64,000 bases of DNA from assembly GCF_009914755.1 (NCBI RefSeq), contig NC_060926.1; one strand, 5' to 3'. The DNA is from the human T2T-CHM13v2.0 reference genome, Homo sapiens. The translations under genes were made by a program, and so were the position numbers. This document shows positions 17,573 to 48,848 of the stretch, piece after piece. The notes under the pieces are model-generated. The model was not told where the DNA came from. It made no database searches and saw only the letters and a list, made by a program, of their open reading frames with translations. How positions within the stretch are numbered: position 1 is the stretch's first letter; each line of letters opens with the position of its first letter.

Positions 17573-18588
17573 ATGGGGAAAAAACAGAGCAGAAAAACTG
17601 GAAACTCTAAAAAGCAGAGTGCCTCTCCTCCTCCAAAGGAATGCAGTTCCTCACCAGCAACGGAACAAAGCTGGAAGGAGAAGGACTTTGACGAGTTGAG
17701 AGAAGAAGGCTTCAGACGATCAAACTACTCTGAGCTACAGGAGGAAATTCAAACCAAAGGCAAAGAAGTTAAAAACTTTGAAAAAAATTTAGACGAATGT
17801 ATAACTAGAATAACCAATACAGAGAAGTGCTTAAAGGAGCTGATGGAGCTGAAAGCCAAGGCTCGAGAACTATGTGTAGAATGCAGAAGCCTCAGGAGCC
17901 GATTTGATCAACTGGAAGAAAGGGTATCAGTGATGGAAAATGAAATGAATGAAATGAAGTGAGAAGGGAAGTTTAGAGAAAAAAGAATAAAAAGAAATGA
18001 GCAAAGCCTCCAAGAAATATGGGACTATGTGAAAAGACCAAATCTACGTCTGATTGGTGTACCTGAAAGTGACGGGGAGAATGGAACCAAGTTGGAAAAC
18101 ACTCTGCAAGATATTATCCAGGAGAACTTCCCCAATCTAGCAAGGCAGGCCAACATTCAGATTCAGGAAATACAAGAACGCCACAAAGATACTCCTCGAG
18201 AAGAGGAACTCCAAGACACATAATTGTCAGATTCACCAAAGTTGAAATGAAGGAAAAAATGTTACGGGCAGCCAGACAGAAAGATCGGGTTACCCACAAA
18301 GGGAAGCCCATCAGACTAACAGCTGATCTCTCGACAAAAACTCTACAAGCCAGAAGAGAGTGGGGGCCAATATTCAACATTCTTAAAGAAAAGAATTTTC
18401 AACCCAGAATTTCATATCCAGCCAAACTAAGCTTCATAAGTGAAGGAGAAATAAAATACTTTACAGACAAGCAAATGCTGAAAGATTTTGTCACCACCAG
18501 GCCTGCCCTAAAAGAGCTCCTGAAGGAAGCACTAAACATGGAAAGGAACAACCGGTACCAGCCATTGCAAAATCATGCCAAATTGTAA
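17573..18588 (+). pseudogene. L1 ORF1p, disrupted
   Basis: MGKKQSRKTGNSK... ends at a CGA>TGA stop (17960-17962); a frameshift follows near 18175; the C-terminus ...PLQNHAKL* is present. Confidence 0.93.
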
Positions 18589-18636
18589 AGAACATTGAGG
18601 CTAGGAAGTAACTGCATCAACTAACGAGCAAAATAA

Positions 18637-22451
<3,815 letters not shown>

Positions 22452-24323
22452 ACAATGAGAACACGTGGACACAGGAAGGGGAACCTCACACTCTGGGGAC
22501 TGCTGTGGGGTGGGGGGAGGGGGGACTAATAGCATTAGGAGATATACCTAATGCTAAATGACGAGTTAATGGGTGCAGCACCCCAGCATGGCACATGTAT
22601 ACACATGTAACTAACCTGCACATTGTGCACATGTACCCTGAAACTTAAAGTATAATAATAATAAAAAACAAAACAAAACAAGGGAAGTGGTGTCCTCTCT
22701 GAGCGTTTTCTTTGGAAAACTTGTCATTGTAAATCTTCCTCTGCCCCTTTGAGGGGCATGCAATGCTTTTTGACAACTAAATAAGCCTCTTGCCAGCTTT
22801 GCAACCCAGGACTGTGTTCCTGAAGGACCTGGGAGCCCGTCTTTGAAACGTCATCATCAGAGCAGCCAGGGCCCTATCTGCCAGTCTCTGTGGGATGGTG
22901 GGGGCCTAACATCTGCTGTGAGTAGTAAATCTACCTCCTGTCACGAAGGTAAGAGTTTATTTTCCTTTGTAACAAGGTAATTAGCAAACGCAGGTGGTCA
23001 GGTAAATTGAGGTTGAATCTCCAATAAATGGGTGTGGCCAAAGGTGCTGGGAAGTCCACTGATCTGAGGACTAGGCATTACTCTTCTTGAGAATGCGTGC
23101 AGTGAACAATGGGTTGGACCCACTGGCTACATAAGCGTGAGATTTCTGTCTTTGCAGCATCTTAGCGGATCATTGTCTGTGATGCACATCTCACTCTGAG
23201 TTAATGCCTCTTCAATGATGAAAGTGTTTTCTTCCTCTTCTACCTCTGCAGAGAGGCTTGCTGGGATAGATTTTGTTTGTAATTCTATTTCCCCACCGCC
23301 AGAGGACGGACTTTGGGGGTCAGGCAGCTGAGAAGGAGTTTAGAACCCATGCCTAGGCCTTCCACACTCTACAGGCACCCAGTTCATCCATCAGTAGCAG
23401 AACTTAGAGTCTTCCTGGGACTCCATACTGCCTGGAAAGAGGAATTCGTTCTCTTTCATTGCTGACATTCCTGGGTGAATGCCTGTGGCAGTTATACTTT
23501 ACCCATCCCATTTTGTACCTCCTTCCACTCCAGGGGACCCCAAGAGGCCTGGCTCCACTTGCCCAGTGCACCTCCGAAGAAGGGAGACTGGGAAATGAGG
23601 ATCCTGCCAGGGGGCCAGGTGTTGGACAAGGTGCATGTGAATGTGGAGGAGGAAGACGGAGCCCTCCCAAGAACCTGACAGGGTCAGGGATGAGGTGAGA
23701 GTGCTCAGAAGAGTGCTGAGGCAGGACCCAGGCTGGGGCCACGGACCTGCCTCAGCAGCTGGGGTCTGACCTCTTGGGGTTGTGTTCTGACTCCCCTTCC
23801 CCCATGGCTCTTTGCCCTCTGGAAGCCAAGGGGCAATGGCAGGTTCACAGTGGCACTGCAAGGGTACAGTTGTTGGGGGTTCTTGGGAGCAGGGGCACCA
23901 GTTCTGCTGTGGCCCTGGTTGCCTCCCCTTGCCCAGGCTCCATGTGCACCCTCAGAGTCCCCCTGGCACAACCTTTCTTCTTCTCACGAGGAACACCCCC
24001 ACTTCCACTTGGGCCTCTGCCAGGAAGAAGGGTGGGAGCTCTGCCGAGGTGTCCCTCTGAGTGACCACCCTCAGCTGGAGCCGCCAGGCCTCTGCACAGT
24101 AGCTGCCCCTGGGCCTTGCGTGTAAAATGGGGGTAATAACAGTATCTACCTCATAAGGTTGCTGCAAGAACTAAATGAGTTCCTAGAAGTGAAAGACACT
24201 TAGAACCAGGATCCAGAGGCTTGCGAAGGGTGAGCTGGAGTAGCCATGGTAAGTATGGAGAGGGAGGTGAACTGAGGATATAAAATCACCAAGGCAAAAA
24301 ATTTAAAAACAGAAACAATAACC

Positions 24324-24933
<610 letters not shown>

Positions 24934-25024
24934 TTTTTTTTTTTTTTTAATACCATTCTGTGATTTAAACTTTTCTATAATGCACAATTAGTTTTATAGT
25001 CAGGAAAGGAAAATCAATGTTTTC

Positions 25025-25030
25025 TTTAAT
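25025..25030 (-). terminator. TPRKB polyadenylation signal (ATTAAA)
   Basis: tttaat on +, ~30 nt past the stop codon. An alternative AATAAA (- strand) lies at 24515-24520. Confidence 0.6.
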
Positions 25031-25061
25031 GCTGAGAATTTTTGTTAATATTTCTGACATT

Positions 25062-29691
<4,630 letters not shown>

Positions 29692-30168
29692 TTCACAGAT
29701 AAGCAGGATTCTACTGCACACAAAATGAAAAGACCAAAAGATTTCATTTAAAAGTTAACATCAGAACTCATTTCTTAATAAATATTCAAAAACTTTGAAA
29801 GTAACTTGATAAAAGTGTTAAACTAGAAAAATCCATCGCCAAAGCCCATTTGGCATCCTCATGAGATGTTGTCTTCCTAACCCTTCTGAGTTGTTCTGTT
29901 GTCATCCCCAGGGAAACGCCAAGGGGCCCAGCTGGTTGCTGTTTGTTCAGATGAGGCAGGCTCAGGTGCATGGTTGAAGGGCTGCTTCCCCAGCAGACAA
30001 GTAGGAGCAGAATGTCAGGAATTTTTTAAACCAGAGGTTGCTTACGGTATTAATGAAGTCTTACTCTATCTTAGTCTTTTTAACTTCCTGATCTCATCAT
30101 TTTATTTATATTTTAGGAAGGCCTAGACATAAATATTAAGGAAGAAAATAATTTTAAAGAATAAAGTA

Positions 30169-30620
<452 letters not shown>

Positions 30621-32299
30621 GATAAAGTATCCCACTTGACCCAAAGATATTCATTCCACGCATGGAAATTAAGCAGAGAGGGTACAATTATTAAATAATC
30701 AATGTCGCTCCTTTCTTGGACATAAGCTTAACAAGAAAAGGATAGGTTATTATATATAAAGACATAAAAGAAACATAAAAGACAACTTGAATAACCAGAA
30801 AGACATGACCATATCTTTGAATGGAAAAACTATGTATTGCAAAAATTTCTTTAAAACAATTTCTATCAAATTCTTAATAAAATATTTTGGTGGGGCAATT
30901 TGAGACTCATTTTATCCTTTTACCTGGCAGATTATATTTCTAGAACTCTTTCTGATGGAAGTCATTAGGAATCCAATAATTATATAAGATGTTCCTCTCA
31001 TTATTTTAACAGTAAAAAGTTGCAAATAACCTATCTAGCTAATGATGGGATTAGTTGTTATTTAACAACCATTAAAACATGTGGTCTTGACGGTGTGTAA
31101 AAACGGCAATAAATAACATTAAGTAAGTAAAAACATCTGAATGGAAAACAAAACACAAACTGGCCAAAATGTGGGTTTTTTAAAAGGCTTTTAAACAAAT
31201 ATTAAAAAGAAAATACACCAAAAAGTTAATGTTATCTCTTATTTAGAATTAATTTGACTTTTTCTGTTACAAACAGAAAAAAATATATTTGTGAACGATA
31301 TCCTGGCACACAGTTCAATCATTAGTCATGCTAAGGTGGAAAAAATGGATACAGAAAGACATAATCAGTAGGATCCCAATTATATAAAAAGATACACATA
31401 TTTTTTTAAAATACATGAAAGAAACACTAAAATATGACCATCTTGGGTAGTGAGGTTATGAGGTGATTTTTATTGTCCTTTATATAAAAGAAAATATTTT
31501 GTTATGTATGTTCTGAATTTTCTACAGTAAGCACACAAAACATGAGTACACATAATAAGAAAGGAAAAAAACGTGCTTTTTAACACTGAGTGGGGGGAAG
31601 AACCCTTAGAAAACTTCAAAATAGTTTGTTCTTGTTTAGCGTAATTTACTCACTCAGGTCAGAAACTTGGAATCATCGTTGAGACCCAACCTGTCACTCA
31701 AATCCTATATCTAATCCGTAAAGTCCTGAATTTTCACCTGCTAAATATACTTTTGATTCGTCCACTTCTCTCCCATACGCTAGGTCACATCGCTCATCTA
31801 CAGCAGTAGCCTTCTGAGTGGTTTCTCACAATTCCTGCCCTCCTATAATCCAGTCGTCACCAGCAGTTACAGTGATCCTTTCAAAATGTACATCAGATCT
31901 TGTCATTCTGCTGCTCTTATGATAAAGCCCCAACTTTGTGTCACGGTGTTCCACACTCTACGATCTGGTCCCTGCCTCTCCTCTTCTGCTACCGCCGCAA
32001 TGGCCTTCTCTAAGCTCAAGTCACCAACCTTTCTCCCCGATTCTGCCCTATCGGACAGGTAGTTCCCTCTCTCCTTTCATCTCCGCCTGACGCACTCCTC
32101 CCTCCCTTCAACTCCATTTGGAGTCCATTTACTACAGCGCCCAGAACCCCGGCACTACGGCTCTTTTTAGTCTGAGGACTAGCTCCTTTTTGGGCCCAAT
32201 CACAACTTTGAAGAATCCTGCGCCTATCCGCTGCATGTCTCCTCACTAAACTATTTCTTGAGGGGACAGCCTGACTCTATCATTCTCGTGCTGCATTCC

Positions 32300-32780
32300 C
32301 AGGGGCTGGCCTCGTTGCCGCTTGAGAAATACCAACCGCAGCCGTTGTCCCAAAGACACTACTAAAACTGCCCGGACCCTCCCGCTCCCGAGCCTGCCCG
32401 TTAGAGCGCAAGGAAAACTCACCATCCGGCCCCCAGTGCGTCTCGGAAGAGCTCCCGCTCCGAAACAAAGCTCACAACTTCCGGAAGCGATGGCCAATCC
32501 CCGTCTTCTTCGAGCCAGTTTCCGGATAGGCCGGCTCGGGGTGGCCATCTGTTTCCGGGTCCTGGTAGGAGGGGTGCTTCCGCCCATGGTCCCGCCCATT
32601 CTTCCGCCTCCCCAACCTGGGTCCTGTCAACGGACGCGAAGGAGAACAGGGGCTGTATATCACTTCCGGCGAAGGAAATGGAAGAATCTATGGGCTGGGA
32701 CCGGAAGCTGGGGTCTGGTTTTGAGTCTCGGCTTTGTCTTAACCTGTGTTGGGCGTTGCACCGGGCGACCTCAGTTTCTT
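32300..32780. promoter_or_regulatory. TPRKB CpG-island promoter with ETS/GABP motifs
   Basis: High CpG density; CCGGAAG/CTTCCGG motifs at ~32478-32487, ~32663-32669 and ~32701-32707; no obvious TATA box. Confidence 0.85.
32423..32475 (-). other. TPRKB: TPRKB non-coding exon 1 (5' end approximate)
   Basis: Strong donor GGATG|GTGAGT at 32423 inside a CpG-rich region; splices to the exon 2 acceptor at 29713/29710. Confidence 0.8.
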
Positions 32781-32847
32781 CCTGTACAAGGAAAAGTACT
32801 GACCAAAATGAGTTCTACATACATTTCCGCTGCTGCAGATTTCTTTG

Positions 32848-33105
32848 GTTTTTGAGACAGAGTCTTGCTCTGTTACTCAGGCTGGAGTGCTGTGGTGCAA
32901 TCTCGGCTCACTGCAACCTCCGCGTCCCGGTTCAAGCCATTCTCCTGCCTCAGCCTCCCGAGCAGCTGGGACTACAGGCACCCGCCACCACGCCCCGCTA
33001 ATTTTTTGTATTTTTAGTAGAGACGGGGTTTCACCGTGTTAGCTAGGATGGTCTGGATCACCTGACCTCGTGATCCACCCGCCTTGGCCTCCCAAGGAGC
33101 TGGGA
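32848..33105 (-). mobile_element. AluY/Sc next to the TPRKB promoter
   Basis: Diagnostic gttagctaggatggtc and cctgacctcgtgatcc. Confidence 0.88.
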
Positions 33106-33109
33106 TTAG

Positions 33110-33644
33110 TTCTTTTTCTGGGCCATGTCTCCTGTGACACTTTGGACTTTTGAGTTTAATGCTGGAACAAGTTAAAATTTTGGTAGGTGATTGGGAAGGC
33201 ATGATTATGTTTTGCAATGTCAGAAGGACATGAGATTTGGGGGTCCAGGGATGGATTGAATATATGTCCCTGCCAAATCTCATGTTGAATTGTCCCCATT
33301 TTTGGAGGTGGGACCTGATGGGAGGTGTTTGGGTCATGGAAGTGGATCTCTCATGGCTTGGTGTCTTTGCAATAGTGAGTGAGTGCCAGGAAGATGTGGT
33401 TATTTAGAAGTGTGTGGCACCCTCCAACACAGTCTCTTGGTCCAGTTCTCACCATGTGATGTGCCTGCTCTCTCTTCTCCTTCTGCCAATAGTAAAAGCT
33501 CCCTGGGGCCTCCTCAGAGGCCAAACAGATGGTGGTACTATGCTTCCTGTACAGCCTGCAGAAACATGAGCCAATTTAACCTCGTTTCTATATAAATTAC
33601 CCAGTCTCAGGTATTTCTTTGTGGCAATGCAACAGCCTAATTGC
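33110..33644 (+). mobile_element. MaLR MST LTR with a short 3' internal remnant
   Basis: ggacatgagatttggggg (internal end), then ccaaatctcatgttgaattg...ataaattacccagtctcaggtatttcttt. Confidence 0.8.
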
Positions 33645-33664
33645 AGGGGGCAGGGGCAGGGGGA

Positions 33665-37572
<3,908 letters not shown>

Positions 37573-37574
37573 GC

Positions 37575-40245
<2,671 letters not shown>

Positions 40246-40779
40246 TTTTTTAAGTCATCTCAGAGGTAAAAATGATCCCTTATGACTTGCAAGGGTTATG
40301 TACCATAAAATTAGTTCAAAAGATCTAATTTGATAAGGTGTTAGATGAGAGCTTTCAAAACAATATCAACTTTATTCTTCTCTGCAATATATAGACTTGT
40401 ATAAATATGCATAACTGTTACCATGTGTTAAAATGAATCTAACCTTGGAAATGTTATCTGAACAAATGGGTCAGGTAAGATACCCAGACTCCAAACACAA
40501 TCCCCATGTCTTGTGAAAATAACTTCGAAAATGAAACTTGTAATTCTTGATCAATTGTTATGTTGGATGTAACTGACATTTCTATATTCTTAAAAGGTAT
40601 AAATATTTGTAGGACTTCAATGTCAAATCAGTGAGAGATGTGGTACTTCCAGCTGTCATACACATGTCTGAATGATTAAACACTTATGACTGTCAGATTT
40701 TTAAACAAATATCTGGGTGTCTTAACCTAGGCCCTCTAGAAAGCAGAGCCCAAGGCAAGGATTAAAGCACTGGTATTTT

Positions 40780-41202
40780 ATTTATTATTTATTTTTATTA
40801 TACTTTAAGTTCTAGGGTACACGTGCACAATGTGCAGGTTTGTTACATATGTAACAACCCAAATGTCCATCAATGATAGACTGGATTAAGAAAATGTGGC
40901 ACATATACACCACGGAATACTATGCAGCCATAAAAATTGATGAGTTCATGTCCTTTGTAGGGACATGGATGAAGCTGGAAACCATCATTCTAAGCAAACT
41001 ATCACAAGGACAGAAAACCAAACACTGCATGTTCTCACTCATAGGTGGGAATTGAACAATGAGAACACTTGGACACACGGCGGGGAACATCATTCACCGG
41101 GGCCTGTCATGAGGTGGGGGGATGGGGGAGGGATAGCATTAGGAGAAATACCTAATGTAAATGACGAGTTAATGGGTGCAGCACACCAACACGGCACATG
41201 TA
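40780..41202 (-). mobile_element. 5'-inverted (twin-primed) L1PA5/6-like insertion
   Basis: Poly-T and reversed 3' end at 40780-40853 joined to forward L1 at 40853-41202; flanking repeat AAGCACTGGTATTTT at 40765 and 41202. Confidence 0.9.
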
Positions 41203-42857
41203 AGCACTGGTATTTTATTTGGGATATGTAAGAACAGAGAGGTGAGGGCGAGGAAAAAGGTAAATGAAGCAAGGAACGATGCATAGCAATGTGATGTAAT
41301 GCATTACCTCACCGCAGGCTTCACAGTGAGCCAGGAGGACACACGGAGTGTTTGCCAAGTGCATTTACTTAGCCGAACACATTTGCCAGACAACCTGTGT
41401 GTCTTCTCTGGAAGGCATGCAAGGCAAAACCATGGCTGAGAGGAGTTCACAGGAGGGAGACAGGAGGGGGCGCTTGCCTGCCAGGCTCCCTCCTGTCCTC
41501 TGCATTTCACTAATCAAGGCCCTCCAGAGGGAGCTGACTCCTCCATACTTCTGGATCATTGCCTTAAACCTGTCAGCAGAAGCTCAAGGGGTTGATGGGG
41601 TTGATGGAATCTGAGACAGTGCTCTAGAATCTGTGTTTCATACAGGATGAGATATAAATGAAACAAATGCTAAATAATGACACAAGGTACCTTGCCGAGA
41701 GAGGAATCATCCACCTGGAAGGGTAGGCTGTTTGTGAATAATGTAGGGTGGGAGAGAAGGCTTTACTAAGGAGATGGGCTTAAAGAATGTGAACGATGTG
41801 CTCACAGAGGCCACAGAAGAGAAATTATAGCCAGGAGAACAACCTGAAAGACAAAGGACACGGTGGCATAAGCGCATGTAACACAATGTACTCAGGAAAT
41901 GGCTGGCATCCTGAGATATGGAGTGGAATACAGTACAGGGCTTTGTAAACTCAGCTTGGAGTCAGATCACAGAAAGCCTTGACAAGGAACTGAAAATGGG
42001 TTCTGAAGGCCAGAAGCCATTCAAGATTCCCAAAGGGAAAAACACAAATCAGCTTGTTTTCAGGACGTAATTCTGGGGCAGTTGCTAGAATTACATCAGA
42101 AAGGAGGTTCACACAGGATACTAGAAGGGTCCTCCCTTCCATAGTAGAAGTGTTTGTGGTGAACAAAAATTAAAATTTCAAAGATGGTAACTGTCAGAAT
42201 GGAGAAAAATAAAACTTAAATGTGTGCGGCAGGAGGAAAGTAAACAAAAACCAAGCTGACTAACCACCTTATTACAAGGCCACCATGACAAGACTAGAGC
42301 GTCCATCATCAACTTTTAGTGCCTCAATGTTAAGTATGGACAAATGAGCAGTAAACATGGTCATGAGGTATTTCAAGAACACTTCTAAGAGCAGAGACAG
42401 AGGTATAAACAAGTAGCGGACGGGAAAGAAAGAAAAAAAAAGTTGATTCAGGGAACAGAAGAAATGTAGAAATAATTGACATTAGAGAGATAATGAATTC
42501 ATTTTCTAATAGCATTTTTTTCCAGAAAAAAAATGAGCTAGCTCTTGGAAATTAAAATCATAGAGCAGAAAAAATATATATAGCAGAAAATGTAGATAGC
42601 CAACAGAAAGGTAGAAAATAAAGCTGAGAAAATCATCCTAAATTTTAAAAAAAGGCAAAAGGTTAAAAATGGAAAACAAGAGAAAAAAAAACTTAGAGGT
42701 ACATTTCAGAAAATCCCACATTCAACTAATAAAACTCCCCCCTCCCGCAAAAAAAATGTGATTAAAATTGAAATATCCCAGAACTGAAGCACATAACTTG
42801 CCAGATTGAAAAAGCTCACTAAGTATTTAGCATTATGAATTAAAAAGCACCCACACT

Positions 42858-43896
<1,039 letters not shown>

Positions 43897-43912
43897 GAAT
43901 AACCAAAGTGCC

Positions 43913-44339
43913 TGTTCTGGGCTGAGTTGTGTCACTCCAAAAGTCATGTTAAAGTTCTAACCACAGTATCTCAGTATGTGACTGTATTTGGAAATGGGCC
44001 TTTAAAGAGGTAAATAAGTAAAAGTGAAGTCACTAGAGTGGGCCCCAATCCAATATGACCAGCGTCCTTTTTCTTTTTCTTTTCTTTTAAATTGAGGTCC
44101 CATTCCAATTAGCATCTTTTTAAGGTAAGGAAATTTAGACACAGAGAGACACAAAGGGAAGACCATGTGAAGACACAGGAAGACGGCCATTTACAAGACA
44201 AGAAGAGAGGCCTCTGAAGAAACCAACCCTGCTGACACCTTGCTCTTTCCATCTCCAGAATTGTGAGAAAATTAATTTCTCTTATTTAAGCCACCCAGTC
44301 TGTGGTACTTTGCTATGGCAGCCCTAGTAAACGAATATA
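43913..44339 (+). mobile_element. MaLR LTR (MLT1B-like)
   Basis: tgttctgggctgagttgtgtc...tatggcagccctagtaaacgaatata. Confidence 0.8.
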
Positions 44340-44869
44340 GCACTGAACCCAGAACAAGGGAACCAGGAAAGATTAAGAAAAAAAAAAAGAATTTGATGTA
44401 TATACAAGATTACATAATGCTATCAGAGATTTGGGGGATGAATTCATCATCAATCCATAGGAAAAGAGGCAAACAAATGAAGTAAAAGTGAGGGGGGAAA
44501 AGTGGTCTGAGAAACACAATCATGGTACACTATGGCTCATGATGAATATTTAGCTAGTAAATAACATGAACTTAGATCGCTGACTTAACCAAAGGTTGAG
44601 AAACAACTGTGGTGTGGTGTGGGTGGATATTATGAAAGAGCTAAATTCTTATCTACCATAGGAGGAAATCAACAGGTAATAACACTAATGGAAAAATCAA
44701 GAAGTGGCGATATAAGCACATTATTTAAATATGGAGGCAAATGCCAATAAATAATGCAAAAATACTTAAAGTGGCTGCCTTTGGGAAATGATATCCAGGA
44801 GTAAGGTGGAAGACCGCCCCTTTTCATGATAATCTCAGTGGAGCTATTTGAATTGTAAACAACTCATAG

Positions 44870-45268
<399 letters not shown>

Positions 45269-46604
45269 TAAAGACATTTTTAAACAAAAGACTTGCTAGT
45301 CCTCTTAGCCAGACACAGAACAAGTGTGTTAAATAAATAAGACATGAAACATCTAATGGTGACAAGATTTTTTAACAGGCCATGTTAACTGAAATGAGGA
45401 GGACACAGAGGGGACAATAGGGTCAGGAAACTTTTTTGAAGGTGTAGTGTTTATATGATGGCACTTCTGCTGACAGCGTCCTCCTCAGAAGTTGCCTGCC
45501 CAGGGGCTCTTTAAAACAGACTAGGTGGATTTCCATGTCTGCCCCTGCTTGTTCTTTTTGCCTCGCCAGTTGTCTTGCTCTGATTTCTTCCCAAGTGGGC
45601 TTTCATGATGTATTCATGATGAGCCTTCATGACGTACTCTACAAGACTAGCCTTTTAGCAAGAACTTTTATATCTCTGTTAAATGTGACAAGCAGAGAAA
45701 AACTGTATAGCCATCACTTAGATGAAATATAGCAATGTGACCAAGCCTATGTTACAAAAATCATGTAGGTTTTACTTATTTTCCTTTCTCTTTGTCCTTA
45801 ACTTCCTCCAGGCAGGACTGCTTGCATGTAGTCATTTTGGTAGAGGGTAGTCACTAATAAGTGATTAACTTCATATCCTAACCCCCAGGGGCGGCTTGCA
45901 AGATTGATGAACTTGTTTTTCTTGTAAAGAACAATGATCCCTGGGTCATGCTGACCTCCTTGATGGCACCCAGAAGTTTGATTGGCCAAGGGATGCAAGC
46001 AGCTTTGATAATCAGGGGATCTCACTTCCCATATACCTACCTTACTCATAAAAGCCACTGGTTACGTGCAAAGGGAGGCTGAATTTGAGAATTTGCCTCT
46101 CCCACCCTCATGCTTTGGTCAAATTGAATAAACCTTTCTCTGCTCTGAAGCACCGATGTGTCAGTGTTTGGCTTACTGCGCATCAGGTACTTGAACCTAA
46201 CTTTTGGGGTTCTGCAACAGATTTTGGCAACCATGCCAGGTCTAGCATGGCAATAGGCCCTGGCCAGGTTAGGCGAACGAGTGTCCCAGCAGCTGCCCAA
46301 GTGTGTTGGTCAGGGGGCCCTAAAGTCGCTCTTCTAGGTCAGTGTAGGCTGCTGTTGGTACTCTAGAAGCTTAGAGCAGAGAAACATCTCAGACTGCTAT
46401 CTGGACTTCTGGTTTTGGTTTGAAGGGTAAGTCACTGCGGTGCACACAGCCATATCTCACTCTCTCTGCTTGCATTGTGAAGAGGGCCCTTTTGGGGGAG
46501 TAATAGAATGGTGGACTATGCCCATTTTCTTGTTTGCTTTCCTGTAGGGAGTTTGGTTTTCTGTTTGTGATTTTGTTTTGTTGTTGTTGTTGTTTGGTTT
46601 GGGG

Positions 46605-46651
46605 TGTGTGTGTGTGTGTATCTGTGTGTGTGTGTGTGTGTGGTGTGTGTG
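46605..46651 (+). repeat. (TG)n microsatellite in the ERV leader
   Basis: Interrupted GT dinucleotide run. Confidence 0.85.
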
Positions 46652-48848
46652 TTATGTGAAAAGACTGAACAGGGCAAATTTGGAATTGATCCCAGAGAGT
46701 AGCATCATTGGCTGCATTCTCCAGAATTGGGCCACTTTCAGCTATGAGCCCATGAAGAAAAATAAAATTTTTTTAACTGTAACGCTGCTTGGCCTCAATA
46801 TGCCTTAGAATTTGGGAAAAAATGGCTGACAAACAGTTCTTTAAGTTATGCTACTATAATACAACTGCAACTATTCTGTAAGAGCAGAGAAAATAGGATG
46901 CAATCCTGTATGTCCAGGCTTTTATACTCTTTTATCAGAATGAACCTACTCAAAAGAGGTATAATTTGATGCTGCAAAAGGAAAAACAGCCCAAACCTAA
47001 GGTTTTAGACTCCCACCATTAGATGGGGAAGACAGGGCACTGCTTGGTGCTTTGAATCCCCTGAATAATCATCCTGATCCTCTGCCCCCCAGTCAGCTAT
47101 GGCTCCAGCACCTCCACCTCCTTATGGGATTGTCTGGAGCAGGAGGGGAACACTCCCAAACCTGTCCTCCCCATGGAATTAGGACAGGTTGTGGTCTCGC
47201 CTTCCTGCAACTGACAGGAAACCCAATTTGGCCTGGGACCCACTGGTCCCTTAGTAGGGCAGTTTCCTCTGTGTCAATTCCCCACTGTGGGACTTGAATG
47301 GACAACAGTTTGGCATGATGTGGTTACATTTCCTTTTCCCACTTTGGAGCTGTTCAGTGGGAAAACAATATCTTTGGAAAAACAATAATCCCCCCTATCC
47401 CAACCCAAGCAAATGGCTGGGCTATTCTTGTCTATATTTCTGACCTACCACCCAACAAGGGCAGATACTCACTTTGTTAAAGTGCTGCTCACAGCAGAAG
47501 AAAGGCATGTAGTCACAGAAAAGGCTAGGGAAGAAGCAAATCGGCTCCATCTGGAGGCAGGAAACAATCACCCCTGGCCAATAGACTCAGTCCCTAACAC
47601 AGAGACCAGGTGCGATGTAAATGGTGGGGCCTTTCCCACTTAGGACACTATGAGAACCACATCCTTGAAGGTTTGAGGAAAGGGGTTACTCAGGTTAAGA
47701 GCCTCAATAAGGTACAGGAAGTACAGCGGCAAGCATATGAGGACCCTTTGTAATTCCCAGAAAGACTCCATCAGACATGTGGAAAGTAGGTTGACGCTAA
47801 CTAACCCTGAGGCACCGGACAATCAGAGAATGGTCAATGTGACCTTTATCAGCCACAGTGCCCTGATATTCAAAGAAAACTGCAAAAGGTAAATGGGATC
47901 CTTGGGTTGCCAATCTCACATTTAGTGGACTTAGCTTTTAAAGTGTACTATGCTCAGGATGAGGCTCAGGAAAGTGCAAATTGAAGCAACAAGTAACTCA
48001 CTGGCAGCTGTGCTTGACTACCAACCTAGGGGAAAAGGAAGAAATCAAAGAGCGGCTCACGCCCCCTTCAGAAAAAAAACCAATATGCCTATTGTAAGAA
48101 GGAGGGACACTGGAAAAAGGGCTGTCCCAAATTGACCAAAGCAGCTAGCAAGTGCAGTGTCCCTCAAAATCAGATGAGGAGAGAGAATAATATTTAGATG
48201 AAGACTGATGTGTCCCAGGGACTCCCTTAGACTTGGAGCAACCAGTGGCTATATCCCCACAGGATTCCTAGATACAACTGACAGTGGGGAACAGAATGAT
48301 TGACTTTTTACTTGACACAGTGCCACATATTAATTAATTAACAATTGTCTCTCTCCAGCTTTGGGAAAAACCATTACTGTTACACGGATATTGGGAGACA
48401 CCATTATCCCTTTCTACAATCTTCAGGTTACCATTTACGAGAGACCGGCCTAGGGCATAGTTTCTTGTACATGCTTAATGCCCAGTGCCCCTCCTGGGCT
48501 GGGATTTGCTTGCCAAATTGTATGCTCAACTTGTCTTTCCCCCCAGATGCCTAGATATAATGATTCCTTCTGAACAAGTTTGCAGGTTTCAAATACTCCT
48601 GCTGCAACCAGAAAACGAAGAGGTTCAGGACATTCCAGAAGAAATTCTCACACAGGTAAGGAGAGATGTTTGGGCCCAAGGGAAGCCAGGGAGAGTGGTC
48701 ACAGCCAAACCCATAAAAATTAAAAGAGAGACACAGAATACCCATTAAAGGAAGTGGCATGAAAGGGTATTCAACCACTCTTGGAAGGCTTTTTTGGCAC
48801 AAGGACTGATTTGGTCCTGTAATTCTCCCTTTAACATTCCTGTTCTAC

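Noticed and set aside
32322-32855. 177-aa + strand ORF over the TPRKB promoter
   Set aside because: Non-ATG start and Arg/Pro-rich composition expected from a CpG island; it ends in an Alu.
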